Of a stretch of DNA of 64,000 nucleotides, positions 28,438 to 38,050 are shown piece after piece; position 1 is the first letter of the stretch, and each line of letters opens with the position of its first letter. The translations under genes and the position numbers were made by a program. This DNA comes from a virus. The DNA lies in the IMG/VR virus record IMGVR_UViG_3300031823_000008, positions 2,247-66,246 of that record, one strand, 5' to 3'. A model generated the notes under the pieces. The model made no database searches and was not told where the DNA came from. It saw only the letters and a list, made by a program, of their open reading frames with translations.

Positions 28438-31400
28438 ATGAAGACAATTATCTTGTTGCTGCTGGCATCTGTGGCTTGGGCTGTTCCGACGCCCATTCTG
28501 TATTACAGCGACATCACCTCGGGCCCGAACACCGGGAGCCGGAACAACAACGGCGCGATCGTCTGCGTGTATGGGGTATTTTTCGGCTCGACGCAGGGAA
28601 GCTCCACCCTCACGATAGGCGGGGGAGCGGCGGCTGAAATCATCTGGTGGGGCGACAACGTGCATTTGGGCAAGTCACAGGTGTGCTTCAGCCTGGGAGC
28701 GGCGGCGGCTACCGGGAACATCGTGATGACGACTTCTGGCGGCACGAGCAACGGACTGCCGTTTACGATCAGATCCGCGCCGATCTATTGGGTCGGGGAT
28801 ACGTTTAATATCGGCGGGTCTACCTTGCCGTCCGACAGCAATTCCGGGGCCTTCGCCACGCCATTTGCCACGATCGCTAAAGGCGTCAGCCAGCTAACCT
28901 CTGCATCGGGCGCGCTGGTCTATGTTCGCGGTACCGTTCCAGCAGCAACGGGCGTGGTGGCCTACAGTTCGACCGTGGTGCTCAACAACGCCGGGACGTC
29001 CTCCGCCCCGCTCTCTCTGATTGCGAACTGGCCTGGAGATGCCCAGCCCGTGATAGGCGAGTACAACAACCCATCGGCCGTCAACGGGATTTACAATTTC
29101 AACGGCGACCACTACGCGATCGTGGGATTCGCTTTGCGGGGTTACGGTTCCGCCATCCAGATGGCGTTTGGTCAAACCGACTGGCGCCTGGTCAACAATA
29201 CGATCGAGTGCCCGGCCGGAAATGGTCAGGCTGGATGCCTGTACGCCCTCTTCGACAACAACAATCCCAGCCTGACTCAGAGCTATAAAATATACGGAAA
29301 TGAACTGAAGAATATTGGCTGCGGCTTCGGCCCCACCGGAGGCGCGGACGACAGCACGACCCTGAACGGTCAGCAGATATATTTTCCATGCGCTACGAGC
29401 GCTGTGCAGTCCGGAACCCTCGCGAGCACGGACGGCATCACGCTGACGCTCAGCGGAGCAACGTTCAATACCAGCAATATGAACGTCGGCGACCACTTGC
29501 TGGTCGATACCACAGGTACCGGAGTCTACGAATCCAGCATTGTCAGCTCCGTGGGAAGCACGACGTTCGTTCTCTCCTCAAATTCTTTCAGCACTGTTTC
29601 GTTCTCCGGGAGAGCATGGAAATTTACGAACCACATGTCGAGCAAGCTCTACCATACGACCTATTTCGGCACCGATACCAACGGAGTGGACTTCGCCTGG
29701 AATTCGATTCATAACAACAGCTCTTTCCATGGATTCAATGTGCACAGCACTCCTGGCAGTTCGGCAGAAGCGCTGCTCTCCGCCAACGCGGGCACGCCCG
29801 GAACAGTGACCTTCACCTCGACCTCGCCGGGTCTTTTCGTTTCCGGGCAATACATCGAAATCGTCGGGAACAACGTCATCGCGAGCGCGGGATACTATGT
29901 GGGCAGTCCGGGAATAGTCGGGAGCGTGGAGACAGTCTCCCTCTACAACGATGCCGCGCTGACCTCGCCATATACTGTCACTTCCGGGGGTACAGCGTCC
30001 GGCACGATAGCGTGGCATGGATTCTCGCAGTTCAACATCACAGCACACAACAACACCATCGACCACCAGAACGGCGCGTGCATGTCGCTGGCCAACGTCT
30101 CTCCCGCACGCGGTACGGTTGCGGTGTACAACAACGTTCTCTCGAACTGCGGCACTGGCCCCCACGTGTTTGGAGATGCCCCTGAGCATTACGCGGCATT
30201 TTACCCGATCGACGGTCCGGACAACCCGACCAATAATCTCTATGCCTCTGGCACGGCAAGTTTTTATAACAACACCATTTACAACGGCGGCAGTTTTGCG
30301 ACTGTGAGCAGCTCCGATATTTATGCAGCTATCAACGAGGCAGTCGGCAACGGCGCTCTGTACTGGAATTTCAAAAACAACATCGTCAGCCAGCCCAACG
30401 GCATCCCGTTCTTTGTGGCGACCGGCGGAAACAATCAGATCGTCGGCAGTAACAACATCTGGTTCGGCACTGACAGTTCCACGATTCCTCCAATGCCAAC
30501 CGGAAACATCACGAGCGACCCGCTGTTCGTCAACACCGCCTACGGGAACTTCACGCTGGGATATGGCAGTCCCGCAGTGGGCGCCGGGACTTCGAGCCTT
30601 GCGCCAGCGAATGACATCTTGGGCCATCCACAATCCAGCCCGCCGTCAATCGGGGCGTACAACAACTATCCGTTCAGGACCTATTACGTGAGAACGGATG
30701 GAGGGACCTTTGCCCAATGCACTGGCCTGGTGGATGCGGCCTATGGTGGGAGTGGCAGTTCCCAACCATGTGGCTGGCGGCACCCGTTCGTCGCCCTGTC
30801 GGCCCCGCTGGTTTGGAGGATCGCGTCCGGAGATCATCTTCTCATCGAGAACGGCTCATACCAGATCTCGTATTACAGTACGGACGCATTGCCACTGTTC
30901 AACGGCTATTCGGGTTTCGATATTCACTTGCCCCCACTTCCAGGCGGGTTGACTGCAATGGAACCGACGGTGCTCGCAGGAATCAATTACCAGAGTGGCT
31001 GCGCGACCCGTCCCGAGCTGTGGTCAGCCAACGGAGTGCTCGCCATCATCACCATGACGGGAGGGTTTGAGCAACTCGGGTGCATGCAATTTGACGATCA
31101 CAGCTCATGTATCTACGTCAATCCGAATGTGCGGTGCGACGATTCAGGCTACACCGGAGCCTGGGGCAAATACGGAGTCTTTTTCAACGATTATTCCGCT
31201 CACGACATCACTTTGACCGATGTCAACATCCACGGTTTCGGCGCTGAAGGGATTCATGGCAGCGGGTCGAACATGACCCTCACCAACGTGACAATCCGCG
31301 GCAATGGCCTGGCCGGGTGGAACCTGGATGAAGGCACCGACATCATCGTCAATTTCGGCCACATGAATTTGACGAATGTCTTAGTCGAGTGGAACGGCTG

Positions 31401-32412
31401 CGGAGAAGTCTACGATCCTGGATTTCCGGACAACCTCACGATTGCGCATTGTTGGGGTCAGCAGACCGGCGGATATGGAGACGGCGTGTCGCCCTGGAAC
31501 TCCGTCGCAAACTGGGTCATCAATAAATCGACCTTCCGATATAACACGCAGGAAGGCTTCGACGTGCTGTACAACGATTACGACTTTCCAATGTGGGGTT
31601 CGGTCACCGTGGACCAGTCCCGGTTTTACGGCAACTCAGGCAATCAATTGAAGGCGAGCGGGACGCTAACGTTTACGAATAGCTTTGCCATTGGGAACTG
31701 CACGTATATCAGCAAGCAGTCGTTCTCGGACCTGGTCGGCCAGACAACGGATATAGGAGGCAATTATGTGGAGGGCGATATCTGTAGGGCGACCGGATCG
31801 GCAATCGTCAATGGCACGGTGGACAACGGCGCCAGCGTCATCGCAAATTCCTATGTTTCCGGTGAGGGTCTGAACGCCATTGAGCTGCGGTGCACAGGAA
31901 GCGAGCCACAATGCGGGACGAATAGCCGAAATTCCAGTGTCACGATCGTAAACAGCATCGTGGAAGGGGCCGTGAGCACCTACGACAACGTGGGCGGATG
32001 GGGGCTCGCTGTTGGACAGCATTCAAACTACGTGTACAGCGAGGCGGGCTCGTTCGCCGGGTTGGAGTTCATTTACATGAACAACAACATCTGGTTCAAC
32101 GGGTTCGGGGTCTCCTATGACGGCGACGCACCCACCATCCCCACAACCTGCACCTACGGCGCGGCTTCTTTCTGCGCTTCTCCTGGCCTGGTGAACGACG
32201 TTTTCGATCCCGTCGCGATCAACGCGCACCTTACCTCCGGTTCGATCGCGCGCGGAGCAGGGACCGGGGCGTACACGAATCATGACATGGATGGAGTCGC
32301 CCGGCCGGCGAGTGCTCCGGACATCGGCCCCTACCAGTATGTTCCGGGAGCGCCCACGCCCGGGGGAGGCACATTCTTCCTGCTCCTGAAGGGCCTCGGC
32401 ATTATTCACTGA
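28438..32412 (+). CDS. Signal-peptide-bearing protein with IPT-like domain and two beta-helix modules
   Basis: MKTIILLLLASVAWA; SDPLFV...SPAVGAG...SIGAY and ...PDIGPYQY module ends. Confidence 0.8.
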   Translation: MKTIILLLLASVAWAVPTPILYYSDITSGPNTGSRNNNGAIVCVYGVFFGSTQGSSTLTIGGGAAAEIIWWGDNVHLGKSQVCFSLGAAAATGNIVMTTSGGTSNGLPFTIRSAPIYWVGDTFNIGGSTLPSDSNSGAFATPFATIAKGVSQLTSASGALVYVRGTVPAATGVVAYSSTVVLNNAGTSSAPLSLIANWPGDAQPVIGEYNNPSAVNGIYNFNGDHYAIVGFALRGYGSAIQMAFGQTDWRLVNNTIECPAGNGQAGCLYALFDNNNPSLTQSYKIYGNELKNIGCGFGPTGGADDSTTLNGQQIYFPCATSAVQSGTLASTDGITLTLSGATFNTSNMNVGDHLLVDTTGTGVYESSIVSSVGSTTFVLSSNSFSTVSFSGRAWKFTNHMSSKLYHTTYFGTDTNGVDFAWNSIHNNSSFHGFNVHSTPGSSAEALLSANAGTPGTVTFTSTSPGLFVSGQYIEIVGNNVIASAGYYVGSPGIVGSVETVSLYNDAALTSPYTVTSGGTASGTIAWHGFSQFNITAHNNTIDHQNGACMSLANVSPARGTVAVYNNVLSNCGTGPHVFGDAPEHYAAFYPIDGPDNPTNNLYASGTASFYNNTIYNGGSFATVSSSDIYAAINEAVGNGALYWNFKNNIVSQPNGIPFFVATGGNNQIVGSNNIWFGTDSSTIPPMPTGNITSDPLFVNTAYGNFTLGYGSPAVGAGTSSLAPANDILGHPQSSPPSIGAYNNYPFRTYYVRTDGGTFAQCTGLVDAAYGGSGSSQPCGWRHPFVALSAPLVWRIASGDHLLIENGSYQISYYSTDALPLFNGYSGFDIHLPPLPGGLTAMEPTVLAGINYQSGCATRPELWSANGVLAIITMTGGFEQLGCMQFDDHSSCIYVNPNVRCDDSGYTGAWGKYGVFFNDYSAHDITLTDVNIHGFGAEGIHGSGSNMTLTNVTIRGNGLAGWNLDEGTDIIVNFGHMNLTNVLVEWNGCGEVYDPGFPDNLTIAHCWGQQTGGYGDGVSPWNSVANWVINKSTFRYNTQEGFDVLYNDYDFPMWGSVTVDQSRFYGNSGNQLKASGTLTFTNSFAIGNCTYISKQSFSDLVGQTTDIGGNYVEGDICRATGSAIVNGTVDNGASVIANSYVSGEGLNAIELRCTGSEPQCGTNSRNSSVTIVNSIVEGAVSTYDNVGGWGLAVGQHSNYVYSEAGSFAGLEFIYMNNNIWFNGFGVSYDGDAPTIPTTCTYGAASFCASPGLVNDVFDPVAINAHLTSGSIARGAGTGAYTNHDMDGVARPASAPDIGPYQYVPGAPTPGGGTFFLLLKGLGIIH

Positions 32413-32415
32413 GGC

Positions 32416-32719
32416 TCAGAGCGGATCCATTCCGATATCCAAAGCTTCCTTGACCCACTGCTCGATATCCCGACGGCTCGCGATCGCGCCGGCCGCCTTG
32501 CGAAGCCTGGTGCAGTTCCGCTATCGATTCGCGGGTATAGTACGGGTTCTGATCCCAGACGGGGGAATTGACCCACTGCTCGAAGTAGGCGCGGATCAGG
32601 GAGACGTCCCGGACAGTTAAGAGGACATTGTTCAGGTAGCGTTCAATGGCTGGGGCCAATACTCCGCTCGGTTCGTGGCGCCAGAATTTAGGGGCGAGGG
32701 GATGGAGGGCTGGGTTCAT
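32416..32719 (-). pseudogene. Phage hypothetical protein with an apparent 1-nt frameshift near 32510
   Basis: FWRHEPSG...IRAYFEQWV; a more natural C-terminus RLRKAAGAIASRRDIEQWVKEALDIGMDPL* lies in the +1 frame. Confidence 0.45.
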
Positions 32720-33056
32720 GGTGCGTTTCCTTCAGAGCTTCTTCCACAGCTCTTTGTATTTTCTTTTGGGTTTCCGGCGACTGGAAGTCGTCGATTTCAA
32801 TGATCCGAGTGGCAGCGCGTTTCAGCGCCTCAGGGAGCTTGCTGCCCGAGAAGGACAGGATGATCAGGGGTTTGTCAAATAGAATGGCGGCTCCGACTTC
32901 GAGCGCCAGTTTCGCATCAAATTTGCCGTCGCTGATTACCAGCGAGAGGGCGGATCCCTTCATTTTTGGAAACATCTCCGCCTCGGCGCGATGCAGATAA
33001 TCCTTCACCTCGGATTGATTCAACAAGTCTTCGAAGTTCGCTTCGTCCCAGTTCAT
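32688..33056 (-). CDS. Nucleoside 2-deoxyribosyltransferase-like small protein
   Basis: ALEVGAAILFDKPLIIL motif. Confidence 0.5.
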   Translation of the reverse strand: MNWDEANFEDLLNQSEVKDYLHRAEAEMFPKMKGSALSLVISDGKFDAKLALEVGAAILFDKPLIILSFSGSKLPEALKRAATRIIEIDDFQSPETQKKIQRAVEEALKETHHEPSPPSPRP

Positions 33057-33244
33057 TCCGTTTTCTCCCGTTCGGCTTTGAATTCCGCGGTCTGCTGTAA
33101 CTTTGATGCGGCAATCCGCAGGTGGTGGAAGGCCAGTTTCAGGGCTTCGGCGCAAGAGTCGTTATCGAGAGGAGAGACCTCTGTTGCCAGATCGCGGGCT
33201 CTTGCGGCGAGGGCTGCATAATCCTTTGCTGTTTTGGGGCTCAT
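33053..33244 (-). CDS. Small helical hypothetical protein
   Basis: AAGGAAG SD; ATGA coupling to next gene. Confidence 0.6.
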   Translation of the reverse strand: MSPKTAKDYAALAARARDLATEVSPLDNDSCAEALKLAFHHLRIAASKLQQTAEFKAEREKTE

Positions 33245-33419
33245 GACTTCCTTTCTTGGATTTACGAGGTGGGCCGTGGGTGCCTGTCATCGGCTTCGAA
33301 GTTTTCGATGATCTTACCGAGCCATTGCCAGGCGCGCAGCTCTTTGGGGCTGAGGGCGCGCCGCTCGGATTCATAGACGAGTTGGGCATAGGCGCGGGCG
33401 ATGGCATATTCCATCCAGG

Positions 33420-33638
33420 TCATACCGGCCCCCATTCCGGACGCCAGCGTTCGATGGCGCGCTGGTCGAGTTCTTCATCGGTGACAGAAGTTTGACCGCG
33501 CCTTGGATGGCTGCTCCGGTACTCGGCTGTCCGTTGTTTCACGAGTTCAGAATGTTTTTGGTAATGGCGCCTGCTTGCCAGTCTCTGAGTGCAGAGCCGG
33601 CACTCGCCACACTCGCAGGTTGGAGGGATGCCGGGCAT
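33420..33638 (-). CDS. Small Cys-rich protein
   Basis: CECGECRLC; abuts upstream stop. Confidence 0.6.
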   Translation of the reverse strand: MPGIPPTCECGECRLCTQRLASRRHYQKHSELVKQRTAEYRSSHPRRGQTSVTDEELDQRAIERWRPEWGPV

Positions 33639-34106
33639 TTACGTTTCCGCCTTCCGATAGGTGATCTGGATCCGCGTCCTGAACTCGCGGCGGTAGAGTT
33701 CGATATGCTCGATCGATTCCCAGTCGGTGCCGATCTCGGTTCCGACCACTTCGAATCCAGCCAGGCCGGCGGCATTGGCCTTCTTTGCGACCTCGCGGAA
33801 TTCCGCCGGCAGATGGGTGATGCCGCCCTGCATTTCGATTTCATCGGGCGCGTGATCGAATTCCGGCGCTTGGCGGGGGAATTTGATGCCTTTGGTTCCC
33901 CAGTCTGTGACTACCCACTGGCTCAGGAATTGGATGGTGCGGCCGCACTTCTGGCAGTGGATGATCGAGACTCCGTCCTGGCTGTTCAGGACTACCGGGA
34001 GTTCGCAGCAATAGGGGATGCCGACCGATTCGCCATCGATAGTGAACCAGAAGTCCTGGCCGGGCTCCATGCGGTCGAAGAGCTTGATTGCTTCCGCGAG
34101 TGTCAA
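33639..34106 (-). CDS. Hypothetical Zn-ribbon protein
   Basis: YCC...HCQKCG; coupled on both sides. Confidence 0.6.
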   Translation of the reverse strand: MTLAEAIKLFDRMEPGQDFWFTIDGESVGIPYCCELPVVLNSQDGVSIIHCQKCGRTIQFLSQWVVTDWGTKGIKFPRQAPEFDHAPDEIEMQGGITHLPAEFREVAKKANAAGLAGFEVVGTEIGTDWESIEHIELYRREFRTRIQITYRKAET

Positions 34107-34312
34107 TTGAGTTTCTCCTGGGAAACGGGCTGGAGGGCCAGTCCGGAAGTTCCATGGACCAGGGCGCAGTCAGGCGAACGCATGGCGTGCTCGATGACTA
34201 CTTCCTGAAATAATGCGTCACAGGCTTCGTTTGTGGAGATGGATACTACTCCCGAGGCTGGGCAGTGGGTGCAGCGCCAGGAGGTTTCATACGTCAGATT
34301 GGGAGGTTTCAC
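34103..34312 (-). CDS. Small Zn-finger-like protein
   Basis: WRCTHC...EH...SPDC. Confidence 0.55.
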   Translation of the reverse strand: MKPPNLTYETSWRCTHCPASGVVSISTNEACDALFQEVVIEHAMRSPDCALVHGTSGLALQPVSQEKLN

Positions 34313-34968
34313 CTCCGACTCGCTTTTTTCTTTTCCGCCGGTTGTTCCGCGCGGTAGACGCGGATGGTTTCGCGCGCTATTTCCTTTGCCTCGCTTTTGG
34401 CGCCAGGGTCGGCCAGCACGGCCTCGGCTTCGGATATCTGAGCCAGTATGGAGGCGCGGTACGCTTCGAACGCGGCCTCATCGATTTCCATTGCGGGCCG
34501 ATCCTTTTTCCGATTGAACGATTTGCCGTTAATCAGGTCGAGCCATCGTTCGCCCAGGGCCGGATCTGTCGCCATTCTCTGCCCCTGCAGGCACTCACAG
34601 TACCCGGTTCCCCCTGGAGTTGCCACCAGACCGGAGTCATTGCAGACGGAGCATTCCACCGGAGGCTTCGGGCCCAGATTCACCTCTTTCAGTTCCGGCC
34701 GGTGCTGGAGCTTGAATTTCGCGCGGAACATCTGAAGCAGGGGAAAGGGTCCGAGCCACTTCTCCCAATTCTCCTGGGCCTCGGTGACCAACCATTGTGC
34801 CTGCCTCTCTGCGGGCCAGATGCGGCCGTCCAGGAAGGCTCCCTCGCACCAGCGCACCAGGTGGTGAGCATGGGCCACGATGACATCCTCGTCCCAGGGA
34901 AAGTTCGGAATGGATTTTAGCTGTCGGGCAAAGCTCAGGGCTTTGTCGAAATCTAACTGGTCTCCCAT
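34309..34968 (-). CDS. Replication-associated protein (helicase-loader-like position)
   Basis: Follows the initiator; CSVCNDSG...YCEC..G motif; AAGGAG SD. Confidence 0.55.
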   Translation of the reverse strand: MGDQLDFDKALSFARQLKSIPNFPWDEDVIVAHAHHLVRWCEGAFLDGRIWPAERQAQWLVTEAQENWEKWLGPFPLLQMFRAKFKLQHRPELKEVNLGPKPPVECSVCNDSGLVATPGGTGYCECLQGQRMATDPALGERWLDLINGKSFNRKKDRPAMEIDEAAFEAYRASILAQISEAEAVLADPGAKSEAKEIARETIRVYRAEQPAEKKKASRR

Positions 34969-36374
34969 GATTTTCTCCTTTCGGCCTCTTCCTTCATGCG
35001 CTTCAAGAGCGGGTCTTCTTTTTGACCGGCGCCCGGGGCCACCGGACCGCGCGCGGCAACCTGTTTGGCAATCGATTCGTACACTGCCCACTTGCGCGGG
35101 TTCTTCACATCGTCGGCGACTTTCACGAACTGCCCGAACAGTTCCGGGGTCAGAGGGGCGCGGATCCGCTGGAACATGACGTCGTCGAGCGGGGTGGCGA
35201 CCGCGGTTTGGAGCAGATAGTTTTTCAGTTTTTGGTCGAATTCACTTTGCGGGCGGGCGGGTGGGTCTGGCGCTGGCCTGTCCGCTTCTTCTACCTTTTC
35301 CGCCCGCCCGCTCAAGTGGGATCTGGAACCCCTACTGGAACTACTACTAATACCTTGTCGTGATTTGACGCCTACCTTAGGGGCGCCCGTGGGGACTACG
35401 TCGGGTGTGCCTGGAGCGTCTACCTTGTCCGTTTCTGTTGGTAGGCCTGGAGGGCTTACCTCCGCCTCGGCGGCAACGATTTCCCGAAGCTTGGAAAGCA
35501 GAGCCTTGCGCGAATTCTCCCAGATGCCGCGGAGCGCGTCGTGGTATTCTGGCTTCGCGATCATAGCCGCAAGGGCCTTCGCGGCCTGCTTTTCGGGGAG
35601 CTGATTCAGAGGTAGGCAATTAGCAAAAATCTCTCCGAGGCCTACCTTTAACCCCTTTAACATCAACGGAATTTCTCTTTTAGGTAGGCAAATTATGCCT
35701 ACCTCCGGGTCAGCATCTGACCCAGGCGGATTGCCGTTGGGGTGCAGGATACTTTCCCACATAGAGGCCCACTCTTTCTTCACCCCTCCCGGATCGGCCT
35801 CCTTCGGAACGAAAAAGAAGGAGATCTCAACCTGGCCGCCGGACAACATCCTGCACTGGTCCGGCGTCATGTCGCGGAGAAGCTTGCCATCACCCTTTCG
35901 CCTTCTCTCGGCCAAGCCATCCAGTTCGAGTTGCGCGAGGCCGCGACGGATGTTCTCTTTCGAATATTCCTTCTCCCGGAGCCGCTGCCGCAGCAGCTTT
36001 CCCTGTTCCTCGGAAAGCTCGGCCGAACCGTAATATTCCACGGCTTCGTTGATGAGAAAAGCCGCCATGTCTCCCGGCGTCATGGTCCGAAATTTCCATT
36101 GCTCCTTTTTGCTTTTGGGGTTGTTTTTGTACCAGACGATGCACAATTCCTGCTTATTTCTCGGCCCGTGAAGCATGCCGACGGCCCAGAGTTGGGACTT
36201 GAGCGTGTGGCCGGGGCCCGGGCGCGCCTGGCTTCGCAGCTCCGCTTCCGTGATGAACTGCCAGCCGCCTTTCCCGCTTAAATCGAATTTCGAAGGTCTG
36301 CGGATTCCGGCTGCGTAGAGGTAATCCGGAACCCCGTCAATCCACCGCTCACCCTTGGTCCGTTGCGCGCTCAT
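34953..36374 (-). CDS. Probable replication initiator (lambda O-like architecture)
   Basis: 473 aa; HTH-like SKENIRRGLAQLELDGL, low-complexity linker with palindromic repeats, small C-domain. Confidence 0.6.
   Translation of the reverse strand: MSAQRTKGERWIDGVPDYLYAAGIRRPSKFDLSGKGGWQFITEAELRSQARPGPGHTLKSQLWAVGMLHGPRNKQELCIVWYKNNPKSKKEQWKFRTMTPGDMAAFLINEAVEYYGSAELSEEQGKLLRQRLREKEYSKENIRRGLAQLELDGLAERRRKGDGKLLRDMTPDQCRMLSGGQVEISFFFVPKEADPGGVKKEWASMWESILHPNGNPPGSDADPEVGIICLPKREIPLMLKGLKVGLGEIFANCLPLNQLPEKQAAKALAAMIAKPEYHDALRGIWENSRKALLSKLREIVAAEAEVSPPGLPTETDKVDAPGTPDVVPTGAPKVGVKSRQGISSSSSRGSRSHLSGRAEKVEEADRPAPDPPARPQSEFDQKLKNYLLQTAVATPLDDVMFQRIRAPLTPELFGQFVKVADDVKNPRKWAVYESIAKQVAARGPVAPGAGQKEDPLLKRMKEEAERRKSWETS
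35355..35704. repeat. Iteron-like degenerate palindromes, candidate replication origin
   Basis: AGGTAGGCA-AATTA-TGCCTACCT at 35682-35704 and related GGTAGGC/GCCTACC units near 35610-35647, 35440-35461, 35404-35426, 35369-35402. Confidence 0.55.
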
Positions 36375-36643
36375 ATCCCACCTCCCGCCGCATCCGCGGT
36401 CCCCAGCGCCCGCCGCTCGACCTCACGCCACAATGCCGCCTTATCAGGCCGTCTCGCACGGAGCGCCCATTCCGCCACGGCTTGCACGGTGAAAGCGCAG
36501 AGTGAGCATAAGCCCGGCTCCTGCCAGGTGCAGCCTCCTATGCAGGTTTGAAATGAGTCGCAGCCGCAAACGCGACAAGGGACAACGGAGTCTGAATTTG
36601 TTTCGCTTTGCCTCTTCGTGTCGAGCGTGCCAGCCTGATTCAT
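36371..36643 (-). CDS. Small Cys-rich protein
   Basis: CRVCGC....C.GGCTW....LCSLC. Confidence 0.7.
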   Translation of the reverse strand: MNQAGTLDTKRQSETNSDSVVPCRVCGCDSFQTCIGGCTWQEPGLCSLCAFTVQAVAEWALRARRPDKAALWREVERRALGTADAAGGGI

Positions 36644-37158
36644 CGGGCGCCTCCGGCCGGCTGATCGGGCTGGATCCCAATCATCGCATCCAGCAGCCCA
36701 ATACAGGAATCTCTGAGGGCAGCGCGGGCAGCGAGGGCAGCGAGGGCAGCGCGGGTAGCGAGGGCAGCCGAATCTGAGTCCGTCACCGGCCTCAGATTGC
36801 GCAGCGACTCGGCCTCAGCGTTGCATCCGAACGCGTCCAGCAAGATTGGCATCGTCTTCCGGATCGACCAATCGACCGCCAGGAATGCCCGCTTCCGCTC
36901 CATTTCAATCGGCGCGGTGGTGCCGGTCAGGCGCGGAATAAACGGCACCAGTAGTTGCCGGTCCTCGTCGTTGAGCCTGTCATTGAGCACGCGCGCATAG
37001 GCCGCGATTACCGGGGATGAACAGGCTGGATGATCCGAGTGCGGCTCGTGGGCCTTTTTTGCTACAGCCTCCATGAGGCAGACTCCGTCGTTTGCTGGGT
37101 GGTTGCCGCGGAGCAGGAAGATTGCTTCCTCTGATTTTGTTTTCTGTTTACGTGTCAT
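36640..37158 (-). CDS. Conserved phage hypothetical protein
   Basis: GNH...DGVCLMEAVA...HSDHPAC.SPVIA.YAR.LND; Ala-rich tail from 9-nt repeats. Confidence 0.7.
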   Translation of the reverse strand: MTRKQKTKSEEAIFLLRGNHPANDGVCLMEAVAKKAHEPHSDHPACSSPVIAAYARVLNDRLNDEDRQLLVPFIPRLTGTTAPIEMERKRAFLAVDWSIRKTMPILLDAFGCNAEAESLRNLRPVTDSDSAALATRAALAALAARAALRDSCIGLLDAMIGIQPDQPAGGAR

Positions 37159-37271
37159 TTTTTGGCTCCGGCTAGGTACAGGTGTCCGAAGTGCAAACAG
37201 CCGAATTGGGATAGTCCATCGATGGGGCGCGGGCGTCCACCGAAGAAGGCGGGGAAGAAGAAGGTCAGACG

Positions 37272-37577
37272 ATGAGCGAGGATAAAAACATGAGCACCGA
37301 AGACCACGCGCGATTTGTTGGCGATACCGTGCTCGCCTTTGTCGCCTCCAAACACAAACTCGCTGCTCTCCAGTCCGAGGTCGCCCGCATGGCCCAGCAG
37401 CTTGAGGAGGGGGCCGCGGCACTGCGCGATCGCGCCAGCGAGCCGGCGATTTGTAACAGCTTTATCGGCCTTGCCACATACGACAAGATCCGGGTATTGA
37501 CGGACGACCTGCACGCCGAACAGCGACGCTATGAAGGCCTGTTGAGCAGTATCAGGGGTTTTGGGTTGGAGGTTTGA
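37272..37577 (+). CDS. Small coiled-coil protein
   Basis: Heptad pattern; GAGG before a second ATG. Confidence 0.55.
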   Translation: MSEDKNMSTEDHARFVGDTVLAFVASKHKLAALQSEVARMAQQLEEGAAALRDRASEPAICNSFIGLATYDKIRVLTDDLHAEQRRYEGLLSSIRGFGLEV

Positions 37578-38050
37578 CGGGCTGGGCTGAAGGAGGCAGG
37601 GACAGGGCTGCCAGAAGAAGGTGTGGTCGATCTGTTGTAGGACTGTCATTTTTCCAAAACGCTCTCTATCGGACATCTGCCCGATGATTCAAAAAACTCA
37701 ATCAGCGCGATGGAAAAATGGGGGGGATTCGTGTCAGAATAGAATCCGTCCGGACCTTCCAGGGCGCGTAAATTCGGCTCGATTCTGCGTCAACTTTCCA
37801 CGGCGGACGCAGGTCGAGAAAAATAAGCATACCTGGGAGGAGATCTTCCGGCAAGGCTGCGGACGGCATTTACAACGAGGTATCGGCGTTCTCGCGGTAC
37901 AATCCGAGTTTCCGCCGCGCTTAGGAATAATCCCTCAGGAATCCGGTTTCTGAAGTCCTGACCAGCTAACCTCAAAGTAACGGGCCGCAGATGCGCTATG
38001 AACGCACCCGCGGCCCTGACCACAACCCACGCTTCAAAGGAGCGCAGACG

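Noticed and set aside
18005-32412. Diversity-generating retroelement or invertible fibre cassette
   Set aside because: No reverse transcriptase, no TR/VR pair noticed, and all fibre genes are on one strand.
36715-36768. Six 9-nt tandem repeats (GAGGGCAGC-like)
   Set aside because: In-frame low-complexity Ala-rich coding repeat, no spacers.
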